DNA of 64,000 bases from Escherichia coli. Its GTDB lineage: Bacteria > Pseudomonadota > Gammaproteobacteria > Enterobacterales > Enterobacteriaceae. The position numbers were made by a program, and so were the translations under genes. Shown here in pieces: positions 33,322 to 42,603 of the stretch. The notes under the pieces were generated by a model, which saw nothing but the letters and a program-made list of their open reading frames with translations, did no database searches and was not told the DNA's origin. Each line of letters opens with the position of its first letter. The first letter of the stretch is position 1. The stretch lies in assembly GCF_041886205.1 (NCBI RefSeq), contig NZ_CP169029.1; one strand, written 5' to 3'.

Positions 33322-33337
33322 GCTAACTCGAGTTAGC
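33322..33337. promoter_or_regulatory. perfect 16-bp palindrome GCTAACTCGAGTTAGC (copy 2), candidate operator about 133 bp upstream of the ABC transporter ATG
   Basis: Identical to copy 1, 239 bp away; a consensus TATAAT hexamer lies at 33222-33227 on the plus strand between the two copies. Confidence 0.55.
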
Positions 33338-33469
33338 AAAATGCGAAGAATAGATTGATGCGATGAATATTTATTCAAAGGTTATTCGTATCACAGTGGA
33401 GATGGCTTTAGTAGCGACGTTTATGCCGTACTTCACATTTTCAGTTTCTGATTATTGAGGAAAGCTGCA

Positions 33470-34969
33470 ATGTCCGAAACATTTTTGCAAATGAAGCATA
33501 TCACCAAACGCTTTCCTGGAGTGTTGGCGCTTAATGACGTGCAATTTTCCCTACGCCGGGGCGAGGTTCATGCATTATTAGGTGAAAATGGTGCAGGAAA
33601 ATCTACCTTAATGAAAATTTTGTCGGGGGTTTATCAACCTGATGAAGGCGAAATAATTTTTGAAGATAAACCAGTCTCATTTTCTGATCCGTTAAGTGCG
33701 CAAAACGTAGGTATTACTATTATTCACCAGGAATTTAATTTATTTCCCGAGCTTACAGTAGAAGAAAATATTTTTATCGGCAGGGAGTTTTGTAAAAAAA
33801 ATCGCTGGCGTCTGGATGAAAAACAGCAACGCCAGGCGACGATTGAAATTTTGCAAAAATTAAATTTGGCGATCAAACCAGATACTCTGGTTGCCGACCT
33901 TACGGTAGCTCAGCAGCAGATGGTAGAAATTGCCAAGGCCATTTCAGTTAACGCCAGGATTCTCATTATGGATGAACCTACTGCGGCGTTAACAGAAACT
34001 GAAATTGAAAGCTTATTTCGCGTCACCCGGTTATTGAAAGAGCAGGGGACCGGCATTGTTTATATCTCCCACCGTCTGGAAGAGTTGGCGCTAATTGCCG
34101 ACCGTGCGACTGTAATGCGTGATGGTCAGTACATCAGCACGGTGGATTATGAGTGCGTAAAAATCAGCGATCTGATTGCCATGATGGTTGGTCGCGATTT
34201 AGGGAATATCTATCCCCGCCGCGAGGCCTTGCAGCAGCGGATTCCGGTTCTGGAGGTAAACGGACTGACGCGCAAAGGCGTCCTGAACGATATTAATTTT
34301 ACGCTTTATCGTGGCGAGATCCTCGGCTTTGCCGGACTGATGGGCGCGGGGCGTACTGAACTTGCGCGTGCGATTTTTGGTGCGGATTCTATTGACAGCG
34401 GAACGCTAAAATTAAATGGTAAGGAAACCGTTATTAAAGATATTTCGGATGCTATTCAGCAGGGAATTAGTTACCTGACGGAAGACCGCAAAAAAGAAGG
34501 GCTGGCGCTGAATTTATCTGTTGAACGAAATATTATGTTAGGAAACTACCCTGAATATTCCGATCGTTTTGGGAATGTCGATTCGCGTCGTTGCCAACAA
34601 ACCAGTGAGGAACAGGTAAAAGCGTTAAGGATTAAAACGCCAAATCTTGAACAGGCGGCATTAAATCTAAGTGGAGGAAACCAGCAGAAAATTATAATTG
34701 CACGTTGGGTGTGTAAAGATACTGATATTTTAATCTTCGATGAACCCACTCGCGGCATTGATGTTGGCGCCAAACTGGAAATCTATGAGTTAATGAATCG
34801 CCTGGTGGCAAAAGGGAAATCAATCATCATGATCTCCTCTGAATTGCCTGAGGTGTTAGGAATGTGCGACCGTATTTTAGTGATGCGCAGTGGTCGAATT
34901 ACCGGCGAACTTAGCGCAAAAGAAGCGACACAAGAAAAAATTATGCAATACGCGACGTTAGAGGATTAA
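33470..34969 (+). CDS. sugar ABC transporter ATP-binding protein with two fused ABC domains (CUT2 family, RbsA/MglA-like), ~499 aa
   Basis: ATG 33470 preferred over TTG 33455 (RBS gaggaaag); Walker A GENGAGKST, signature LSGGNQQK in the second half, and total length indicate a duplicated ABC ATPase. Confidence 0.9.
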   Translation: MSETFLQMKHITKRFPGVLALNDVQFSLRRGEVHALLGENGAGKSTLMKILSGVYQPDEGEIIFEDKPVSFSDPLSAQNVGITIIHQEFNLFPELTVEENIFIGREFCKKNRWRLDEKQQRQATIEILQKLNLAIKPDTLVADLTVAQQQMVEIAKAISVNARILIMDEPTAALTETEIESLFRVTRLLKEQGTGIVYISHRLEELALIADRATVMRDGQYISTVDYECVKISDLIAMMVGRDLGNIYPRREALQQRIPVLEVNGLTRKGVLNDINFTLYRGEILGFAGLMGAGRTELARAIFGADSIDSGTLKLNGKETVIKDISDAIQQGISYLTEDRKKEGLALNLSVERNIMLGNYPEYSDRFGNVDSRRCQQTSEEQVKALRIKTPNLEQAALNLSGGNQQKIIIARWVCKDTDILIFDEPTRGIDVGAKLEIYELMNRLVAKGKSIIMISSELPEVLGMCDRILVMRSGRITGELSAKEATQEKIMQYATLED

Positions 34970-34972
34970 ATT

Positions 34973-35956
34973 ATGACTATCTCTGTAACCTCTCCAGACA
35001 GTAATAATAAGAAAATAAAGATAAATAAAGAACTTTTGATGCGTCTTGCGCCTCTTTTTAGCTTAATTATATTAGTGCTGTTTTTTAGTTTCAGCTCTCC
35101 CTTTTTCTTTAATACCGAAAATATCATGACGATTGCTCTGCAAACGTCGGTTATCGGCATTATGGCCATTGGGGTAACTTTCGTCATTATTACCGCGGGC
35201 ATCGATCTTTCATTGGGCTCCGTGGTGGCTTTTTCTGGTGTCGCCGTGGGGATTTGCGCCACACTGGGCCTGCCGCTGCCAGTGTGTATTATTGCCGGTG
35301 TTTTAGCCGGTGGAATGTGCGGCTATGTGAATGGTTTGTTGGTCACTAAAATGACCATTCCACCATTTATCGCTACCTTGGGCCTGATGATGTCCGTCAG
35401 AGGTATCAATATGGTGATGACCGACGGGCGCGCCATCTATTTTGCCGATTACCCGATGTTCAAAACGCTCGCTCAGGGACGCTTATTTGATGTGCTGCCT
35501 TATCCTGTTTTCTACCTTGTCATTGTAGCGCTTGTCGGCGCTTACATCCTGAAGAAAACCGTCATTGGTCGCTATGTCTATGCCGTAGGCAGTAATGAAG
35601 TTGCTGCTCATCTTTCTGGTATTAAAGTTCAGCGCGTGAAAATTTTCGTCTATGCCTTCTGTGGATTATTAACGGGGATTGCAGGTGTCATTCTGGCATC
35701 TCGTCTCAACTCCGGACAACCGACGGTAGGTGTGGGTTATGAACTGGAAGCTATTGCCGCGGTAGTGATTGGCGGAACCAGCTTAATGGGCGGTATTGGC
35801 ACTATTGGCGGCACAATCATTGGCGCTTTCATTATGAGTGTACTGAAAAATGGCCTCAATTTAATGGGCGTCTCCCAGTTCTGGCAAATGGTCGCGATGG
35901 GCGTCGTTGTGGTCGCTGCCGTTTACCTCGATACATTACGCAAAAAGATTCGTTGA
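34973..35956 (+). CDS. sugar ABC transporter permease (RbsC/AraH-like, 327 aa)
   Basis: Polytopic membrane protein; ATG 4 nt after the ATPase stop with RBS gagga. Confidence 0.88.
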   Translation: MTISVTSPDSNNKKIKINKELLMRLAPLFSLIILVLFFSFSSPFFFNTENIMTIALQTSVIGIMAIGVTFVIITAGIDLSLGSVVAFSGVAVGICATLGLPLPVCIIAGVLAGGMCGYVNGLLVTKMTIPPFIATLGLMMSVRGINMVMTDGRAIYFADYPMFKTLAQGRLFDVLPYPVFYLVIVALVGAYILKKTVIGRYVYAVGSNEVAAHLSGIKVQRVKIFVYAFCGLLTGIAGVILASRLNSGQPTVGVGYELEAIAAVVIGGTSLMGGIGTIGGTIIGAFIMSVLKNGLNLMGVSQFWQMVAMGVVVVAAVYLDTLRKKIR

Positions 35957-36029
35957 CTTAGGCTCCCTGTTTTATCGGGAAACAACTGCCCTGACGTTAA
36001 GGGTGATTCACTCAGAACGGAGTACAACA

Positions 36030-36980
36030 ATGAAAACCAGGCATTTTATCTATGCGTTATCTCTGCTGGCTTGCGTAAGTTCCAGCGCACTGGCGAAGGA
36101 TTTAAATCTTCCGGTTGTTAGTAAAGGTTTCCAACATGAATTCTGGCAAACCGTAAAAATGGGGACTGAAGCTGCGGCTAAAGAGTTGGGGGATAAAACC
36201 AGCTATGTTGGCCCGGCTGATGAAACGCAAATAGCCGAGCAAATTCAGTTAGTCGAAAATGCGATGGCGCAGAAACCGAATGGCTTGCTTCTGGCAGCCC
36301 TCGACGCGAATGCGCTCGCCCCACTGGTAGAAACGGCAAATTCACGCGGTATCAAAGTGGTGACCTTTGATTCAGGCATCAATTCAGACATTCCGGTGAG
36401 TTTTGTCGCCACCAATAACCGTAAAGCAGGTGCTCAGGCAGCTGATGCCTTAGCCTCGCAGGTAAATAATAAAGGGAAAGTTGGGATTATCGCGCACGTT
36501 GCAGGAACATCTTCCGCTATTGAACGCTCGGAAGGCTTCATGGAGCGTATGAAAGAAAAATATCCTGACATTAAAGTCTTACCCGTTCAGTACAGCGATG
36601 GTGACCCGCAAAAAGCGATGGATAAAACTATCGATATGATTCAGGCCAATCCCGATCTTGCTGGGATCTATGGCACCAATGAAGGTTCAACGCTCGGGGT
36701 GGCGAATGCCATTGATAGCCAGAATCTGAAAGGTAAGGTGAAGGTCATTGGTTTTGATAGTACGGAAGCGATTATTAACTTCCTGAAGAACGGCGTCATT
36801 CAGGGCTTTGTTGTTCAGGATGCATACCAGATTGGCTATCAAGGGATCAAAACGTTGAACGCGGCCCTTTCGGGGCAAGCCGTTGAAAAAGAGATCGATA
36901 TTCCCGTGAAATTTGTTAATGCCGAGAATATTAACACGCCAGAAATCGACAAACTCCTGCACCCATTCGGTAAGAAATAA
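36030..36980 (+). CDS. periplasmic sugar-binding protein (RbsB-like, type I PBP fold), ~316 aa
   Basis: Internal ATG at 36030 gives MKTRHFIYALSLLACVSSSALA, a signal peptide; the track ORF upstream extension overlaps the permease and lacks signal-peptide character. Confidence 0.88.
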   Translation: MKTRHFIYALSLLACVSSSALAKDLNLPVVSKGFQHEFWQTVKMGTEAAAKELGDKTSYVGPADETQIAEQIQLVENAMAQKPNGLLLAALDANALAPLVETANSRGIKVVTFDSGINSDIPVSFVATNNRKAGAQAADALASQVNNKGKVGIIAHVAGTSSAIERSEGFMERMKEKYPDIKVLPVQYSDGDPQKAMDKTIDMIQANPDLAGIYGTNEGSTLGVANAIDSQNLKGKVKVIGFDSTEAIINFLKNGVIQGFVVQDAYQIGYQGIKTLNAALSGQAVEKEIDIPVKFVNAENINTPEIDKLLHPFGKK

Positions 36981-37032
36981 AAAATTGGGGATGAATTTTC
37001 ATCCCCGTTATCTCCAGCGTCAGGGAGGCTTT

Positions 37033-38613
37033 ATGCACAACGGTTATTTTCTCGGTGTCGATGTCGGATCGGCCAGTGTCAGGGCAGGCGTTTACAGTGC
37101 CAGTGGCCACAGGCTGGCATTCGCTACTGCGCCCGTCTCCCAGTTTCGCCCTGGCGGCGAGCGTGTCGAACAGTCTTCGGCAGAGATCTGGCAACAAGTT
37201 TGTAAAACGGTGAAAGAGGCGACAGCTTTGGCAGGCATCCCCATTTCCGCAATTCGCTCACTGGGTTTTGACGCTACCTGCTCGCTGGTTGTTCTTGATG
37301 AACAAGGCCAGGGTTTAGCGGTTTCGTCCGGTGGATCTGCGAATCACGACATTATTATGTGGATGGATCATCGTGCAACTGTCGAGACGGCGCAGATTAA
37401 CGCAATGAAGGATCCCGCATTGCGCTACGTTGGCGGCGAAGTGAGCGTCGAGATGGAGTTACCAAAGTTACGTTGGTTGAAGACGCATCTACCGCAAACC
37501 TGGCAGGCCGCTCATCGCTTTTTCGATCTGGCGGATTTTCTGGTCTGGAAAGCAACAGGGCGAGACGTCGCGGGATTATGCACGCTAACGTGTAAATGGA
37601 ATTATCTAGCTCATGAGCAACGCTTTAGCCATAGCTTACTGGAATCGATAGACCTGACCGATATGCTTGAAAGAATTCCTGCCAACATTCTTCCGCCTGG
37701 CGCTGCCGTGGGAACGTTAACCGCCACAGCTGCTGAAGAGTTAGGATTAACGACTAATGTTATCGTGGCCAGTGGCTTGATTGATGCCCATGCCGGTGGC
37801 GTGGCGCTGGCTGGCGCTCACCCATCAGGAACGCTGGCATTGATAAGCGGAACGTCGAACTGCCATATGCTGTGTAGTGAAAAAGAGATATTCACCCCTG
37901 GCGTCTGGGGGCCATACTGGTCGGCCATGTTGCCAAATTACTGGCTAACCGAAGGCGGGCAAAGCGCCGCAGGGGCGCTGGTGGAGTGGACGCTTCAGGA
38001 GTCAGGGGCAAGCGCAAATCTTTTTCACAAGGCGCAGCAACGCGGATGTCATCCGATTCAACTGATTAATGAATGGGTAGCAGCCCTTGAAGCTAACGAG
38101 TCAGAACCCACACGAAATTTACATGTGCTTGCCGATCATCACGGCAACCGTTCGCCACGAGCGCGGCCCGATGCCAGAGGCAGTGTTTATGGCTTAACAC
38201 TGGAGCGTGGTGAAAATCAGCTCGCGCGACTTTATCTTGCGACTTTACAGGCAATAGCCTTTGGCACCAGACATATTATTGAAACTCTGCGGGAAAATGG
38301 GCATACCATTACCCGATTAACATTATGTGGTGGTGCAACGCACAACCCTTTATGGCTACGCGAATATGCAGACGTGACAGGTTGCGATATCCACCTGATG
38401 CAAGAAGAAGATGCCGTTACGTTGGGCGCAGCAATTAGCGGCGCTGTTGCCAGCGGAGCATGGGGGGATTTTACATCTGCGTGTAAAGCAATGGTTGAAG
38501 CCGGAGAGATTATTCAGGTAAATCCACAACGCCGTGAATTTTTAGAGCGTAAATACCGGGTTTACCTGACGCTTTGGGAGCAACAACAGGCGGTTAACCA
38601 ACTGATGCAATAA
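37033..38613 (+). CDS. FGGY-family carbohydrate kinase, pentulose-kinase-like subgroup (~526 aa)
   Basis: Internal ATG at 37033 (RBS cagggagg) gives MHNGYFLGVDVGSASVRAGVY, the FGGY N-terminal motif; GTSNCHM motif mid-protein; the track ORF start at 36913 overlaps the binding-protein gene. Confidence 0.87.
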   Translation: MHNGYFLGVDVGSASVRAGVYSASGHRLAFATAPVSQFRPGGERVEQSSAEIWQQVCKTVKEATALAGIPISAIRSLGFDATCSLVVLDEQGQGLAVSSGGSANHDIIMWMDHRATVETAQINAMKDPALRYVGGEVSVEMELPKLRWLKTHLPQTWQAAHRFFDLADFLVWKATGRDVAGLCTLTCKWNYLAHEQRFSHSLLESIDLTDMLERIPANILPPGAAVGTLTATAAEELGLTTNVIVASGLIDAHAGGVALAGAHPSGTLALISGTSNCHMLCSEKEIFTPGVWGPYWSAMLPNYWLTEGGQSAAGALVEWTLQESGASANLFHKAQQRGCHPIQLINEWVAALEANESEPTRNLHVLADHHGNRSPRARPDARGSVYGLTLERGENQLARLYLATLQAIAFGTRHIIETLRENGHTITRLTLCGGATHNPLWLREYADVTGCDIHLMQEEDAVTLGAAISGAVASGAWGDFTSACKAMVEAGEIIQVNPQRREFLERKYRVYLTLWEQQQAVNQLMQ

Positions 38614-38677
38614 GACAAAAGTTGAAAATACTTTTATGATTGTGATTTGACGTCTGGATGTTAACTGGGAAATACCT

Positions 38678-39676
38678 ATGGCTAAAACAGTAGAGCAGAT
38701 AGCCAGCGACCTGAATTTATCGGTTACGACCGTGCGACTGGTGCTAAATGGAAAAGCGGAACAATATCGAATCAGCGTCAAAACCCAAACGCGTATCAAT
38801 GAATATGTTGAACGCTATGGTTATATCATTAATCATTCCGCTCGCAGCCTTAAGCTTAACAAAACTGATACATTAGGGTTGATTGTTCCCAACATATCCA
38901 ACGTCTTTTTTGCTACGCTGGCAGAAAAACTCGAACAACGCTGTCGACGTTCCGGATATCAACTTACAATCAGTTGCACTTATGATGATGTTGACTATGA
39001 AAATAAATTGACGAAAGCATTTATCGCACGAAATGTAGATGGTCTTTTTATTGTTCCTTCGACGCTGGAAAATCAGCAGCATCATTTACGCAAAATTCGT
39101 AAGCCCATGGTTTTACTCGATCGTGATTTTAAATATACCGATAACGCATTGGTAGAGAGTAATAATATTTCTGGCGGAGAAAAGCTGACGCAAAATATTC
39201 TTGAGGCCGGGCAGACTCCAGTATGGTTTTTGCTGGGAGATGCCGGTTTGCCGAGTATCAGCGATCGTCTGACAGGTTATTTGAATGCGTTGGCAAAAAA
39301 AGGGATTACCCATCGCGATTGGGTGCGGGAAGGTCCGGTAAATACTCCGGAAGGCGGCTATGTCATTATGGAAAAACTCATTGAAGAGCAGGGATGTCCG
39401 CAGGCATTTATCGCCTCGTCTTTGCCTGTGCTTGAAGGCGCTGTCCGCGCGATTCGCGACCGTCTTGGCGCTGTACCGCCAGAAATCAATATTGGCACTT
39501 TCGATGAACATCCTATGCTGGGATTTCTCGCCAACAATGTCTGGTCAATGCAGCAGGATGAAAATGCCTGGGCAGAAAAAGCGTTCGAAATGATGTTAAG
39601 CGCGATCGAAGAAAGACCAGTCAAAAAAACAGTTAAAGTAGAAATGAAATTAATTAAGCGCATAAGAAAAAAATAA
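38678..39676 (+). CDS. LacI/GalR-family transcriptional regulator (332 aa)
   Basis: N-terminal HTH region followed by a periplasmic-binding-protein-like sugar-binding fold (LGLIVPNISNVFFATLAEKLE). Confidence 0.88.
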   Translation: MAKTVEQIASDLNLSVTTVRLVLNGKAEQYRISVKTQTRINEYVERYGYIINHSARSLKLNKTDTLGLIVPNISNVFFATLAEKLEQRCRRSGYQLTISCTYDDVDYENKLTKAFIARNVDGLFIVPSTLENQQHHLRKIRKPMVLLDRDFKYTDNALVESNNISGGEKLTQNILEAGQTPVWFLLGDAGLPSISDRLTGYLNALAKKGITHRDWVREGPVNTPEGGYVIMEKLIEEQGCPQAFIASSLPVLEGAVRAIRDRLGAVPPEINIGTFDEHPMLGFLANNVWSMQQDENAWAEKAFEMMLSAIEERPVKKTVKVEMKLIKRIRKK

Positions 39677-39808
39677 TAATCGCCAAAAGATATCAGGCTA
39701 CTGAACAATGATATTCAGTGGCCTCCCCTTACTAAAAATAACCCCGTCTTCATTTGCGGTGCTGTTTTACGCAACAAGGCGAGCTGAAACTGTATCTGGA
39801 GAATAGAA

Positions 39809-40456
39809 ATGGAAAGAACACGTTTATCCCGTGAAATAATTGAAACCTGTCTGGAAATGACGCGCCTTGGGTTAAATCAGGGGACAGCGGGGAATGTCAG
39901 CACACGTTTTGAAAACGGCATGTTGATTACTCCCAGCGGTATTCCTTATGAAAGAATGACGGAGAATATGATTGTCTATGTTGATGGCAACGGCAAATAC
40001 GAAGAAGGTAAGATTCCTTCCAGCGAGTGGCGTTTCCATATGGCAGCCTATCAAAGCAGACCGGATGCCAACGCGGTTGTTCACAATCATGCCGTTCATT
40101 GCACGGCAGTTTCCATTCTTAACCGACCGATCCCCGCTATTCACTACATGATTGCGGCGGCGGGCGGTAATTCTATTCCTTGCGCGCCTTATGCGACCTT
40201 TGGAACACGTGAACTTTCTGAACATGTTGCGCTGGCTCTCAAAAATCGTAAGGCAACTTTGTTACAACATCATGGGCTTATCGCTTGTGAGGTGAATCTG
40301 GAAAAAGCGTTATGGCTGGCGCATGAAGTTGAAGTGCTGGCGCAACTTTACCTGACGACCCTGGCGATTACGGACCCGGTGCCAGTGCTGAGCGATGAAG
40401 AGATTGCCGTAGTGCTGGAGAAATTCAAAACCTATGGGTTACGGATTGAAGAGTAA
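39809..40456 (+). CDS. fucA: L-fuculose-phosphate aldolase (class II aldolase, 215 aa); N-terminal ~70 residues appear divergent from the K-12 allele
   Basis: 215 aa; residues from about 75 onward (SSEWRFHMAAYQSRPDANAVVHNHAVHCTAVSIL...KFKTYGLRIEE) match E. coli FucA as recalled; the N-terminal part carries many substitutions. Confidence 0.9.
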   Translation: MERTRLSREIIETCLEMTRLGLNQGTAGNVSTRFENGMLITPSGIPYERMTENMIVYVDGNGKYEEGKIPSSEWRFHMAAYQSRPDANAVVHNHAVHCTAVSILNRPIPAIHYMIAAAGGNSIPCAPYATFGTRELSEHVALALKNRKATLLQHHGLIACEVNLEKALWLAHEVEVLAQLYLTTLAITDPVPVLSDEEIAVVLEKFKTYGLRIEE

Positions 40457-40483
40457 TTTCGTAAAGCAACAAGGAGAAGGATG

Positions 40484-41632
40484 ATGGCTAACAGAATGAT
40501 TCTGAACGAAACGGCATGGTTTGGTCGGGGTGCTGTTGGGGCTTTAACCGATGAGGTGAAACGCCGTGGTTATCAGAAGGCGCTGATCGTCACCGATAAA
40601 ACGCTGGTGCAATGCGGCGTGGTGGCGAAAGTGACCGATAAGATGGATGCGGCAGGGCTGGCATGGGCGATTTACGACGGCGTAGTGCCCAACCCAACAA
40701 TTACTGTCGTCAAAGAAGGGCTCGGTGTATTCCAGAATAGCGGCGCGGATTACCTGATTGCTATTGGTGGTGGTTCTCCACAGGATACTTGTAAAGCGAT
40801 TGGTATTATCAGCAACAACCCGGAATTTGCCGATGTGCGTAGCCTGGAAGGACTTTCCCCGACCAATAAACCCAGTGTACCGATTCTGGCAATTCCCACC
40901 ACAGCAGGCACTGCGGCAGAAGTGACCATTAACTACGTGATCACTGACGAAGAAAAACGGCGCAAGTTTGTTTGCGTTGATCCGCATGATATCCCGCAGG
41001 TGGCGTTTATTGACGCTGACATGATGGATGGTATGCCTCCAGCGCTGAAAGCTGCGACGGGTGTCGATGCGCTCACTCATGCTATTGAGGGGTATATTAC
41101 CCGTGGCGCGTGGGCGCTAACCGATGCGCTGCACATTAAAGCGATTGAAATCATTGCTGGGGCGCTGCGAGGATCGGTTGCTGGTGATAAGGATGCCGGA
41201 GAAGAAATGGCGCTCGGGCAGTATGTTGCGGGTATGGGCTTCTCGAATGTTGGCTTAGGGTTGGTGCATGGTATGGCGCATCCACTGGGCGCGTTTTACA
41301 ACACTCCACACGGTGTTGCGAACGCCATCCTGTTACCGCATGTCATGCGCTATAACGCTGACTTTACCGGTGAGAAGTACCGCGATATCGCGCGCGTTAT
41401 GGGCGTGAAAGTGGAAGGTATGAGCCTGGAAGAGGCGCGTAATGCCGCTGTTGAAGCGGTGTTTGCTCTCAACCGTGATGTCGGTATTCCGCCACATTTG
41501 CGTGATGTTGGGGTACGCAAGGAAGACATTCCGGCACTGGCGCAGGCGGCACTGGATGATGTTTGTACCGGTGGCAACCCGCGTGAAGCAACGCTTGAGG
41601 ATATTGTAGAGCTTTACCATACCGCCTGGTAA
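40484..41632 (+). CDS. fucO: L-1,2-propanediol oxidoreductase / lactaldehyde reductase (iron-containing alcohol dehydrogenase, 382 aa)
   Basis: MANRMILNETAWFGRGAVGALTDEVKRRGYQKALIVTDK; RBS aaggaga; second of two adjacent ATGs preferred. Confidence 0.94.
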   Translation: MANRMILNETAWFGRGAVGALTDEVKRRGYQKALIVTDKTLVQCGVVAKVTDKMDAAGLAWAIYDGVVPNPTITVVKEGLGVFQNSGADYLIAIGGGSPQDTCKAIGIISNNPEFADVRSLEGLSPTNKPSVPILAIPTTAGTAAEVTINYVITDEEKRRKFVCVDPHDIPQVAFIDADMMDGMPPALKAATGVDALTHAIEGYITRGAWALTDALHIKAIEIIAGALRGSVAGDKDAGEEMALGQYVAGMGFSNVGLGLVHGMAHPLGAFYNTPHGVANAILLPHVMRYNADFTGEKYRDIARVMGVKVEGMSLEEARNAAVEAVFALNRDVGIPPHLRDVGVRKEDIPALAQAALDDVCTGGNPREATLEDIVELYHTAW

Positions 41633-41650
41633 ATGCGCTGATGTGATAAT

Positions 41651-41683
41651 GCCGGATACGACGCTAGCCGCGTCTTATCCGGC
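41651..41683. repeat. REP-like palindromic element (gccggatacgacg / cgtcttatccggc) downstream of fucO
   Basis: Read directly from sequence between convergent fucO and xni; matches the E. coli REP family pattern GCCGGATA...TATCCGGC. Confidence 0.6.
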
Positions 41684-41736
41684 ATATAAGTGCATTAAAT
41701 TCAATGTGTTGATAATCGTTTGCATACGGCACGTCG

Positions 41737-42603
<867 letters not shown>

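Noticed and set aside
33001-39808. Module interpreted as a defence system or toxin locus
   Set aside because: All five proteins have clear transport, kinase or regulator signatures (ABC Walker and signature motifs, FGGY motif, LacI HTH); there are no nuclease, ATPase-helicase, methyltransferase or toxin-like domains.
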